From Isoptericola halotolerans (GTDB taxonomy: Bacteria > Actinomycetota > Actinomycetes > Actinomycetales > Cellulomonadaceae), in assembly GCF_013149785.1 (NCBI RefSeq), contig NZ_JABEZU010000002.1, forward strand, positions 920,927 to 940,926: 20,000 nucleotides of DNA. Direction: 5' to 3'. The notes beneath the pieces are model-generated. The model made no database searches and was not told where the DNA came from. It saw only the letters and a list, made by a program, of their open reading frames with translations. Positions within the stretch are counted from its first letter, which is position 1. Each line of letters opens with the position of its first letter. Of this stretch, positions 10,458-18,350 are shown piece by piece. A program made the position numbers and the translations under genes.

Positions 10458-13400
10458 GTGATACACGTGCTCTCGCGCAGACCGCGCGCAGCGACTCGCC
10501 TCGTCGCGAGTGCCGCCGCCGCAGCGGTGTGCCTACCCCTGATGCTGGCGACGGCGGCGAGCGCCGCCGTCCCGGCTGCCGCAGACGAAGCCGTCGACGT
10601 CGACGTCGCGGCCGAGACCGACCCGTTCGACGTCCTCGTCTTCTCCAAGACGGCGGGATTCCGCCACGGCTCCATCCCTGCCGGCATCGCCGCGATCGAG
10701 CAGCTGGGAGTGGAGAACGGTTTCTCGGTGGACTCCACCGAGGACGCCGGGGCGTTCACCGACGAGAACCTCGAGCAGTACGAGGCCGTCGTCTGGCTCT
10801 CCACCACCGGTGACGTGCTCAACGACGAGCAGCAGGAGGCGTTCGAGCGCTACATCGGCAACGGCGGCGGCTACGCCGGCGTCCACGCCGCCTCCGACAC
10901 CGAGTACGACTGGCCCTGGTACGGCGAGCTGGTCGGTGCGTACTTCGCCTCGCACCCGGCGAACCAGGACGCGACGATCAAGGTCGAGGACTCCGTCCAC
11001 CCCTCCACGGACCACCTGCCCGAGCGGTGGGAGAGGTACGACGAGTGGTACAACTTCCGCTCCAGCCCGCGGGACGAGGTCCACGTGCTCGCGTCGCTGG
11101 ACGAGTCCACGTATCAGGTCGGCAGCGGCGCCATGGGCGCCGACCACCCGATCGCCTGGTGCCACGAGTACGACGGCGGCCGGTCCTGGTACACGGGCGG
11201 CGGTCACACCAACGAGTCGTTCGCCGAGCCGGACTTCCTGGAGCACCTGCTCGGGGGCATCCGCACCGCGGCCGGGGTCGTCGACTCCGACTGCTCGGCC
11301 ACGCAGAGCGACAGCTTCGAGATGGTCCCGCTGGACCAGAGCACCGCGAACCCGATGATGCTCGACGTCGCACCTGACGGCACGGTCTTCTACGTCGAGA
11401 GGGACGGGCGGCTGCGGGTCATCGACCCCGAGACCAACGTGACCTCGACGGCGATGACCCTCGACGTCACGCAGTCCAACGAGGACGGTCTCACGGGTGT
11501 CGTGCTGGACCCCGACTTCGCCGAGAACGGGTGGCTGTACCTGTTCTGGTCGCCGCGGGTCGTCGGTGACCAGGGACCGCACAACCGGGTGTCACGCTTC
11601 GACGTCGACCTCTCCACGGGGACGGCAGACCCGGCGAGCGAGGAGACCGTGCTGGTCATCCCCACGCAGCGCGAGACGTGCTGTCACGCGGGCGGTGACA
11701 TGGTCTTCGACGCCGAGGGCAACATGTACGTCGCCACCGGCGACAACACCAACCCGTTCGAGTCGCAGGGCTTCACCCCGACCGACGAGCGCAGCGGTCG
11801 GCAGAACTACGACGCGCAGCGCACGTCGGCCAACAGCAACGACCTGCGGGGCAAGATCCTGCGGATCACGCCGCAGCCGGACGGCAGCTACACCGTGCCC
11901 GAGGGCAACATGTTCGAGGCCGGCACAGCCGACACGCTGCCGGAGATCTACGCGATGGGCTTCCGCAACCCGTTCCGCATCGGTGTGGACCCGGCGACCG
12001 GGAACGTCCACGTGGCCGACTACGGGCCCGACGCGAACAGCGCCAACCCCAACCGCGGCCCTGCCGGGACCGTCGAGTGGAACGTGGTGAGCGAGCCGGG
12101 GTTCTACGGGTGGCCGTACTGCACCGGCCCGAACGAGGACTTCCGTGACTACAACTTCGCGACCGGTCAGTCGGGAGCGGCGTTCGACTGTGCCGGGGGA
12201 GCGGTCAACGACTCCCCGAACAACACGGGGATCGAGCAGCTGCCGCCCGCGATCGGTGCCGAGGTCTGGTACGGGTACGCGGCGAACCCGCTGTTCCCGG
12301 AGATCGGTGGCGGTGGTGCCCCGATGGGCGGCGCCGTGTACGAGTACGACGCCGAGCTCGACTCGGACGTCAAGTGGCCCGCGTACTGGGACGGCAAGGC
12401 GTTCTTCGGGGAGTGGAACCAGGGACGGATGTACTCGTTCCAGCTCACCGGCGAGCAGCGCGACGACATCGTCAACATCAACCGGGTGCTCCCGGGGATC
12501 CTGGACCCGTCCGAGGGCTTCAACCGTCCGATGGACTTCGACTTCGGGCCCGACGGCGCGCTCTACGTCATCGACTGGGGTGCCGGCTTCGGTGGGAACA
12601 ACGACACCTCGGGCATCTACAAGGTCAACTACGTCAAGGGCAACCCGGCGCCCATCGCGCGGGCCTCGGCCGACGTGACCTCGGGCCACGCCCCGTTGAC
12701 GGTGCAGTTCTCCTCGGAGGGCACCCGGCACCCGGGTGGCGAGGAGTACACCTTGCAGTGGTCCTTCGGTGACGGGTCCGAGCCGAGCTCGGAGCCGAAC
12801 CCGACGCACACCTACACCGAGAACGGCGCCTACACGGCCCAGCTCGTCGTGACGGACACGGCCGGCCAGGTCGGCGTCGCGAACGTGTCGATCGTGGTGG
12901 GCAACGAGGCGCCGAGCATCTCGATCACCTTCCCGGAGAACGGCGGGTTCTTCGAGTGGGGCGACCAGGTCCTGTACGAGATCGAGGTCGACGACCCGGA
13001 CGGCGAGGTGGACTGCAGCGACGTCACGATGTTCACCTCGCTCGGTCATGACTCGCACGCCCACCCGTTCGACGAGCTCGAGGGCTGCTCCGGCTCGTTC
13101 CAGACGGCGCGCGACGAGGGCCACGGCATCGAGGCGAACATCTTCTGGGTGATCGAGGCGACCTACTCGGACGACGGCGGGGAGGTCGGGGTGCCGCTGA
13201 CGGCCAACGACCTGCAGGTGCTGCAGCCGAAGCTGCTGCAGTCCGAGTTCTACACCTCGACCGGTCGGCTCGAGGGTTCCACGAGCGGTGGTGACCCCGG
13301 TGTCGTGGTGGAGACGACCGGTGACTCCGCCGGTGGCGGCCAGAACATCGGCTACATCGAGCCGGACGACTGGTGGGCGCACGAGCCGATCAGCCTGGCG

Positions 13401-16334
13401 TCCGTCGACGGCATCTCGCTGCGCGCGGCATCGCCGAACGGTGGACAGGTCTCGGTGCGCTGGGACGCCCCCGACGGCCCGGAGATCGGCAGCATCGAGG
13501 TGCCCGCGACCGGTGACTGGCAGGCCTACACGCTGGCGGGCACGGAGCTGTCCGACGTCCCGTCGGGCACGGGCACGCTGTACTTCGTGCTCGTCTCCGG
13601 GCAGGCCAACGTGAACTGGATGGAGATCGACGGCCGGGGCGTCACGGACAACGTCCGGCCCGACGTCGAGCTCACCGTGGAGCCGACCTCCGGCACCGCA
13701 CCGCTCGACGTGGTCGCCACGGTCGTCGCCGACGATCCCGACGAGACACCGGGTGACCTCGAGATCGCGTGGGACGCGGGCTTCGGTGACGGCTTCGAGG
13801 CCGGTGCCGAGACGTTCGAGGTGACCTACGACGAGCCGGGCACCTACCGGCTGCAGGTGCGTGTCACCGACGGCGGCGGTGCGTTCGCCGTCGAGTACGC
13901 GACGATCGAGGTCGACCGGGAGACGTCGGAGCCGGGTCTGTGCTTCACAGGGCGGTCCGACGACTTCCTCGGGGACGAGCTCGATCCTGAGCGGTGGGAC
14001 GTCCTGAACCGTGACCAGGGTCTGCAGGTGGCGGACGGCCACCTGACCCTCCCGGCCACGCGGAGCGACTTCTACGGGACGAACAACGAGGACGTCCCCA
14101 ACCTGGTGCTCCAGGATCTGCCGGAGGGACCGTTCACCGCGACCGCCAAGCTGACGGTCGAGGCGAACGCCCAGTACCAGCAGGCAGGTCTGCTGATCTG
14201 GGACGGTCCGGACGACTACGCCAAGATGGTGATCCAGGGCAGGTCCGCGCCGGCCGACCCGGCCACACGGGTCTTCCAGTTCATCCGTGAGGAGGGCGCA
14301 GACCCGCAGGAGGTCGGTGACTCGAACACGGCGGCACTGGGCGCCGCGTACCCGTCCACGGTCTACGTGCGACTGGCGAGCTCGGACGGGAGCGACCTGA
14401 ACGCGTCGTACTCGGCCGACGGCGTCACCTTCACCGAGATGCCGCAGACCAAGTCCCTCGACGGGCTGGACGACCCCCAGGTGGGTCTGTTCGCGCTCGC
14501 CGGCTCGGGGACCCAGGCGGACATCGTGGAGGCGCAGTTCGACTGGTTCCACATCGTGCCGGACGACACGGCGTCGACCCCGGGACCGGACGACGAGTTC
14601 GAGGGCGACGCCCTGGACACGTGCCGGTGGGAGGTCGTGCGCGAGGACCCGTCGGGCTACCGGGTGACCGGGGGCGCGCTGGAGATCGACACGACCGCGA
14701 CGGACATCTACGGCACGGACAACAGCGACGTGCCGAACATCGTGGTGCAGGACCAGCCAGGTGACTCCTGGACGGTCCAGACCCTGGTGGACGGTTCGGC
14801 CCTGGACGAGCAGTACCAGCAGGCCGGGCTGATCGTGTACGGGGACGACGACGAGTACGTGAAGTTCGACTACGTCGTCGACAACGCCCCGGGAGCCGAG
14901 GTCAGTCGTCGTCTCGAGCTGCGCAGCGAGGTCGGCGGTGCCGTCCAGAACCCGCAGCCGGGTGTGGACAACCTCGACTCCGGCACGTGGTGGCTGCGGC
15001 TCACCCGCGACGGGGACACGTTCACCGGGTCCTACTCGGCGGACGGGGAGGAGTGGTCGACGCTCGGCCAGACGGTGTCGCACGCCGGTCTGGACGACGC
15101 CCGCGTGGGGCTGTACGCCCTCGGCGGGCCGCAGACGGCGTCCAGGACGGCGTCGTTCGACCACTTCCGTGTCATCGGCGACTCCGCACCGCTGACGGTG
15201 ACGGGATCGATCGATCCGGCGGAGCCGGACGGTCCGGACGGGTCGTGGCTGGGACCGGTGACGGTCACGGTCGAGACCGACGGTGGCCCCGAGGGCGCCA
15301 CCGTGTACCGCGAGGTCAACGTGGACGGCGCCGGCTGGGCGGAGTACACGGCCCCGGTCGTGGTGTCCGAGCCGGGCGAGCACGAGGTGCAGATCCGGGC
15401 CTCGGCCGGTGACCAGGAGGTCGTCGGCGAGACGGTCACCTTCACGATCGCCGAGCCGGAGACGATGACGGCCACCCCGGCCGTCACCGTGACGCAGGCG
15501 ACCTGCGACGCCGGTGGCTCGATCGCCGGCGTGGCGGTCGACGGTGTCAAGGGGTACGTCTTCCACAACTGGGTGGACGGGGCGCTGGCCGGAAAGCCGG
15601 CGAACCTGTCCGACCTGGCGCCGGGGCAGTACCACGTGATCGCCACCCCCGAGGACGGGTACGTGCTGGAGCTCGACGGTGACTGGAAGTCCAGCCCGTC
15701 GGGGAAGGCCACGCTCGTCGTCACGATCGCCGACCCGGAGTGCGCCACCGAGGTGACACCGTCGGTGGAGGTCACCCAGGCGACGTGCACCTGGGCGCCC
15801 GACGGCACCCTGGCGACGACCGGCGGCTCGATCGTCGGTGCGGAGACCGAGGGGCTGCGGTACGTGATCCGTCCGGTGACCGACGACGGCGCGGGTGCGG
15901 TCGTGACCGACCCGTCCGACCTCGAACCCGGCACGTACCGGGTGGCCGCGAGGCCGTCCGACGGCTACGTCGTCGCACCGGAGGGTGCCTGGAGGGTGAA
16001 CGCCAGCGGTATCGGCGTCCTCGTCGTGACGATCGACGAGCCCGAGTGCCCGGTGGCCGGTTCGCCGGCTGTCGTGGTGACCCAGCCGCAGTGCGGCGAC
16101 AAGGGCAGCATCGTCGGGGTACCGATGGACACCGTCCGGAAGTACGACCTGCACCACTGGGACGACGGCAAGCGTGGTCGCAAGGTGTCGGGCTCGGCTC
16201 TCGCGCCGGGAACGTACCAGGTGACCGCGTCGCCGGGACCGCGTGTCTCGTTCGTCCTGTCCGGCGACTGGGAGGAGTCGAACGGACGCCGTGCCACCCT
16301 GCTCGTCACCCTCGAGGAGGTGACGTGCGGGTGA
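10458..16334 (+). CDS. Large secreted multidomain protein (~1958 aa): signal peptide, ThuA, GSDH (PQQ-type) beta-propeller, PKD, CBM6-like, PKD, 2x ConA-like (DUF1349/GH43_C2-like), OmpL47-like Ig, 3x Cys-bracketed repeats
   Basis: GAAGGAG RBS before GTG 10458 (alternatives TTG 10455, GTG 10467); hydrophobic leader with AxA sites. ThuA ~10626-11277 (VLVFSKTAGFRHGSI, GGGYAGVHAASD, DEWYNF, DHPIAW, GRSWYTGGGH). Propeller ~11316-12630 (EDGLTGVVLDPDF, CCHAGG, DLRGKILRI, EIYAMGFRNPFR, FGPDGALYVIDWG). PKD ~12642-12905 (WSFGDG, PTHTY). CBM6-like ~13236-13632. PKD ~13649-13915. ConA-like ~13941-14558 and ~14586-15173. Ig ~15190-15450. Repeats 15468-16331. Confidence 0.9.
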   Translation: MIHVLSRRPRAATRLVASAAAAAVCLPLMLATAASAAVPAAADEAVDVDVAAETDPFDVLVFSKTAGFRHGSIPAGIAAIEQLGVENGFSVDSTEDAGAFTDENLEQYEAVVWLSTTGDVLNDEQQEAFERYIGNGGGYAGVHAASDTEYDWPWYGELVGAYFASHPANQDATIKVEDSVHPSTDHLPERWERYDEWYNFRSSPRDEVHVLASLDESTYQVGSGAMGADHPIAWCHEYDGGRSWYTGGGHTNESFAEPDFLEHLLGGIRTAAGVVDSDCSATQSDSFEMVPLDQSTANPMMLDVAPDGTVFYVERDGRLRVIDPETNVTSTAMTLDVTQSNEDGLTGVVLDPDFAENGWLYLFWSPRVVGDQGPHNRVSRFDVDLSTGTADPASEETVLVIPTQRETCCHAGGDMVFDAEGNMYVATGDNTNPFESQGFTPTDERSGRQNYDAQRTSANSNDLRGKILRITPQPDGSYTVPEGNMFEAGTADTLPEIYAMGFRNPFRIGVDPATGNVHVADYGPDANSANPNRGPAGTVEWNVVSEPGFYGWPYCTGPNEDFRDYNFATGQSGAAFDCAGGAVNDSPNNTGIEQLPPAIGAEVWYGYAANPLFPEIGGGGAPMGGAVYEYDAELDSDVKWPAYWDGKAFFGEWNQGRMYSFQLTGEQRDDIVNINRVLPGILDPSEGFNRPMDFDFGPDGALYVIDWGAGFGGNNDTSGIYKVNYVKGNPAPIARASADVTSGHAPLTVQFSSEGTRHPGGEEYTLQWSFGDGSEPSSEPNPTHTYTENGAYTAQLVVTDTAGQVGVANVSIVVGNEAPSISITFPENGGFFEWGDQVLYEIEVDDPDGEVDCSDVTMFTSLGHDSHAHPFDELEGCSGSFQTARDEGHGIEANIFWVIEATYSDDGGEVGVPLTANDLQVLQPKLLQSEFYTSTGRLEGSTSGGDPGVVVETTGDSAGGGQNIGYIEPDDWWAHEPISLASVDGISLRAASPNGGQVSVRWDAPDGPEIGSIEVPATGDWQAYTLAGTELSDVPSGTGTLYFVLVSGQANVNWMEIDGRGVTDNVRPDVELTVEPTSGTAPLDVVATVVADDPDETPGDLEIAWDAGFGDGFEAGAETFEVTYDEPGTYRLQVRVTDGGGAFAVEYATIEVDRETSEPGLCFTGRSDDFLGDELDPERWDVLNRDQGLQVADGHLTLPATRSDFYGTNNEDVPNLVLQDLPEGPFTATAKLTVEANAQYQQAGLLIWDGPDDYAKMVIQGRSAPADPATRVFQFIREEGADPQEVGDSNTAALGAAYPSTVYVRLASSDGSDLNASYSADGVTFTEMPQTKSLDGLDDPQVGLFALAGSGTQADIVEAQFDWFHIVPDDTASTPGPDDEFEGDALDTCRWEVVREDPSGYRVTGGALEIDTTATDIYGTDNSDVPNIVVQDQPGDSWTVQTLVDGSALDEQYQQAGLIVYGDDDEYVKFDYVVDNAPGAEVSRRLELRSEVGGAVQNPQPGVDNLDSGTWWLRLTRDGDTFTGSYSADGEEWSTLGQTVSHAGLDDARVGLYALGGPQTASRTASFDHFRVIGDSAPLTVTGSIDPAEPDGPDGSWLGPVTVTVETDGGPEGATVYREVNVDGAGWAEYTAPVVVSEPGEHEVQIRASAGDQEVVGETVTFTIAEPETMTATPAVTVTQATCDAGGSIAGVAVDGVKGYVFHNWVDGALAGKPANLSDLAPGQYHVIATPEDGYVLELDGDWKSSPSGKATLVVTIADPECATEVTPSVEVTQATCTWAPDGTLATTGGSIVGAETEGLRYVIRPVTDDGAGAVVTDPSDLEPGTYRVAARPSDGYVVAPEGAWRVNASGIGVLVVTIDEPECPVAGSPAVVVTQPQCGDKGSIVGVPMDTVRKYDLHHWDDGKRGRKVSGSALAPGTYQVTASPGPRVSFVLSGDWEESNGRRATLLVTLEEVTCG
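15468..16331 (+). repeat. Three tandem ~90-100 aa protein repeats at the C-terminus of the large secreted protein
   Basis: P.V.VTQ..C..(G)GSI.G.....Y......D.......S.L.PG.Y.V.A.P......G.W........L.VT.....C occurs at ~15468-15743, ~15750-16049 and ~16056-16331. Confidence 0.85.
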
Positions 16335-16340
16335 TCTGAT

Positions 16341-16500
16341 CCCGGTGCCACGAGGCACCGGGCACCGTGGGCGGGCGCGCGTCGACCTGCAGGTATCCCT
16401 GGCCCGGGACCTGCAGGGAGCGGGTCCGCCCACGGCAGGCCGGCCCCGAGGGGCCGGTGCCTCGGCACAGGGCGGGTGCGCTCCGGTCCTGTGCCGAGGC
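16341..16500 (+). other. Cluster of four adjacent stem-loops in the intergenic region
   Basis: 16341-16362 (9 bp, loop ACGA); 16365-16435 (CCGTGGGCGG/CCGCCCACGG enclosing CCTGCAGGT/ACCTGCAGG); 16440-16457 (CCGGCCC/GGGCCGG); 16459-16500 (GCCTCGGCACAGG/CCTGTGCCGAGGC, 13 bp). Confidence 0.75.
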
Positions 16501-16571
16501 TTCCGCTCCGGTCGCGAGAGAACCCGGGCGCTCGACGATCGTGAAGACGTGAAGAGATGAGGGAGACCGAG

Positions 16572-17177
16572 ATGAACCAGGTGGTCGACGCCGTACCGGT
16601 GGGTGCGGCACGCACGTGGTGGGCGCGGCTGGTCCTGGCCGCCCTGCTGGCGCTCGGCCTGGCCGCTGTGCCGGCGCCGGGTCTGGCTCACGGCGGCGAC
16701 GTCGCCGCCGAGCTCGGCACGGACGGTGCCGGGGGCGTGACGGTGCTCCTCACCTGGAAGAACGACGGGCATCCCGTCGAGGAGTCGGCGGAGGTCGTCG
16801 TGACCGGCCGTTCGAGCGCAGGTGAGGAGGTGGGCCCGCTGACCCTCTTCTCCGCCTCCTCCGGGGTGGGCTGGTACAAGTCCGAGCCCGGCGAGCTCGG
16901 TCCTGGCCACTGGACCCTGGAGGTCGACGTGACCGGCCCGGACGAGTTGTCCGCCTCGGCGTCCGTGGACGTGCTGCCGCCGCCGAGCGCCGCGCCGGTG
17001 GCCGACGACCAGACCGATACCGATACCGACACCGGGACGACGGGGGCCGACGCCGCGGGCGCGCCGACGTCGTCGAGCGACGGCTGGGCAGGCCGCGGCT
17101 GGATGCTCGCCGCCCTGCTGGTGGCGGGCGCGGTCGCGGTCGTCCTGATCCTGCGTGCGCGTCGCGCACGAAGCTGA
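16572..17177 (+). CDS. Exported, C-terminally membrane-anchored small beta-sandwich protein with predicted mature N-terminal His (CopC/YtkA-reminiscent), 201 aa
   Basis: GAGGGAG RBS; signal peptide ending [26 protein letters not shown]; low-complexity D/T/A linker; TM helix [18 protein letters not shown] followed by a basic tail RARRARS. Confidence 0.8.
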   Translation: MNQVVDAVPVGAARTWWARLVLAALLALGLAAVPAPGLAHGGDVAAELGTDGAGGVTVLLTWKNDGHPVEESAEVVVTGRSSAGEEVGPLTLFSASSGVGWYKSEPGELGPGHWTLEVDVTGPDELSASASVDVLPPPSAAPVADDQTDTDTDTGTTGADAAGAPTSSSDGWAGRGWMLAALLVAGAVAVVLILRARRARS

Positions 17178-17220
17178 CCCTGGCCCGACGTCGTCGGGCC
17201 CCATCCGAGAGGAGCCGAAC

Positions 17221-18219
17221 ATGGCACGACCGATCAGTCTCTTTACCGGTCAGTGGGCCGACCTGCCGCTGGAGGAGGTCGCCACGCTGGCCTCCGGCTG
17301 GGGCTACGACGGCCTCGAGCTGGCGTGCTGGGGAGACCATCTCGACGTCTCACGCTGGGACGACGCGGAGTACGTCCAGGGGCGTCTCGACCTGATGGCC
17401 CGGCATGGCCTGAAGATCGTCGCGATCTCCAACCACCTGACGGGCCAGGCGGTCTGCGACGACCCGATCGACCGCCGGCACCAGGAGATCCTCTCGCCGG
17501 AGGTCTGGGGCGACGGCGACCCGGAGGGTGTGCGCCGGCGGGCCGCCGAGGCGATCAAGGACACGGCGCGGATGGCGGCCCGGTTGGGCGTGCGCACGGT
17601 GGTGGGCTTCACGGGGTCCTCGATCTGGAAGACCGTCGCGATGTTCCCGCCGGTGCCGGCGGACATGGTCGACGCCGGGTACCAGGACTTCGCCGACCGG
17701 TGGAACCCCATCCTCGACGTCTTCGAGGAGGAGGGGGTGCGGTTCGCGCTCGAGGTGCACCCGAGCGAGATCGCCTACGACTACTGGACGGCGCAGCGGA
17801 CGCTGGAGGCCATCGGGCACCGAGAGTCGCTCGGGCTCAACTGGGACCCGAGCCACATGGTCTGGCAGGACCTGGACCCGGTGAGCTTCCTGTGGGACTT
17901 CGCCGACCGGATCTACCACGTGCACTGCAAGGACACGAAGAAGCGGCTCAACGGTCGTAACGGGCGGCTCTCGTCGCACCTGGCCTGGGCGGACCCCCGC
18001 CGTGGTTGGGACTTCATCTCCACGGGCCACGGTGACGTGCCGTGGGAGGACGCGTTCCGGATGCTCAACGCGATCGGCTACGACGGCCCGTTGTCGGTGG
18101 AGTGGGAGGACGCCGGCATGGACCGGCTCGTCGGGGCCGCCGAGGCCGTCGGCTTCGTCCGCCGGCTGGCGTTCGACGCCCCGGACGCCGCGTTCGACGC
18201 AGCGTTCTCCTCCAAGTAG
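17221..18219 (+). CDS. Sugar phosphate isomerase/epimerase (xylose-isomerase-like TIM barrel, AP_endonuc_2), candidate 3-keto-glucal hydratase, 332 aa
   Basis: [38 protein letters not shown]; metal-ligand pattern [33 protein letters not shown]. Confidence 0.9.
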   Translation: MARPISLFTGQWADLPLEEVATLASGWGYDGLELACWGDHLDVSRWDDAEYVQGRLDLMARHGLKIVAISNHLTGQAVCDDPIDRRHQEILSPEVWGDGDPEGVRRRAAEAIKDTARMAARLGVRTVVGFTGSSIWKTVAMFPPVPADMVDAGYQDFADRWNPILDVFEEEGVRFALEVHPSEIAYDYWTAQRTLEAIGHRESLGLNWDPSHMVWQDLDPVSFLWDFADRIYHVHCKDTKKRLNGRNGRLSSHLAWADPRRGWDFISTGHGDVPWEDAFRMLNAIGYDGPLSVEWEDAGMDRLVGAAEAVGFVRRLAFDAPDAAFDAAFSSK

Positions 18220-18242
18220 CGGCGCCGGCCGCGCCGGCGAGT

Positions 18243-18276
18243 GCGTGCGCGGGACGACCCCTCGTCCCGCGCACGC
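18243..18276 (+). terminator. Perfect 15-bp hairpin after the TIM-barrel gene
   Basis: GCGTGCGCGGGACGA-CCCC-TCGTCCCGCGCACGC, preceded by a 7-bp hairpin at 18223-18239. Confidence 0.55.
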
Positions 18277-18350
18277 CCCGGCGAGCGACCGCGCCAGGGG
18301 CGTCGTCGACCGGCCGGCCGCGCCCGCACGACCACAGTGAGAGGAAAGCC

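Noticed and set aside
10467..10500. LSRRPRA as a Tat signal
   Set aside because: It lacks the hydrophobic residues of the S/T-R-R-x-F-L consensus, so Sec export is more parsimonious, though Tat is not excluded.
11676..11696. TCCHAGG as a heme c attachment site
   Set aside because: It is CCH, not CxxCH, and is more likely a vicinal-cysteine/active-site His motif of the propeller. I found no cytochrome c domain in the protein.
16511..16540. Internal promoter (GACGAT -10) ahead of the His1 gene
   Set aside because: The -10 is non-consensus and there is no credible -35; it cannot be supported without TSS data.
17010..17036. ACCGAT/ACCGAC hexamer repeat
   Set aside because: It is a short in-frame repeat encoding a TDTDTDT linker, with no phase-variation potential.
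11592..17222. 1876-aa minus-strand ORF
   Set aside because: It is the antisense shadow of the large secreted gene. High-GC codon bias suppresses stops in the mirror frame, and the translation has no recognisable motifs.
8985..18350. CRISPR array or MITE family from the intergenic palindromes
   Set aside because: The palindromes differ in sequence and are not regularly spaced; there are no cas or transposase genes and no target duplications.
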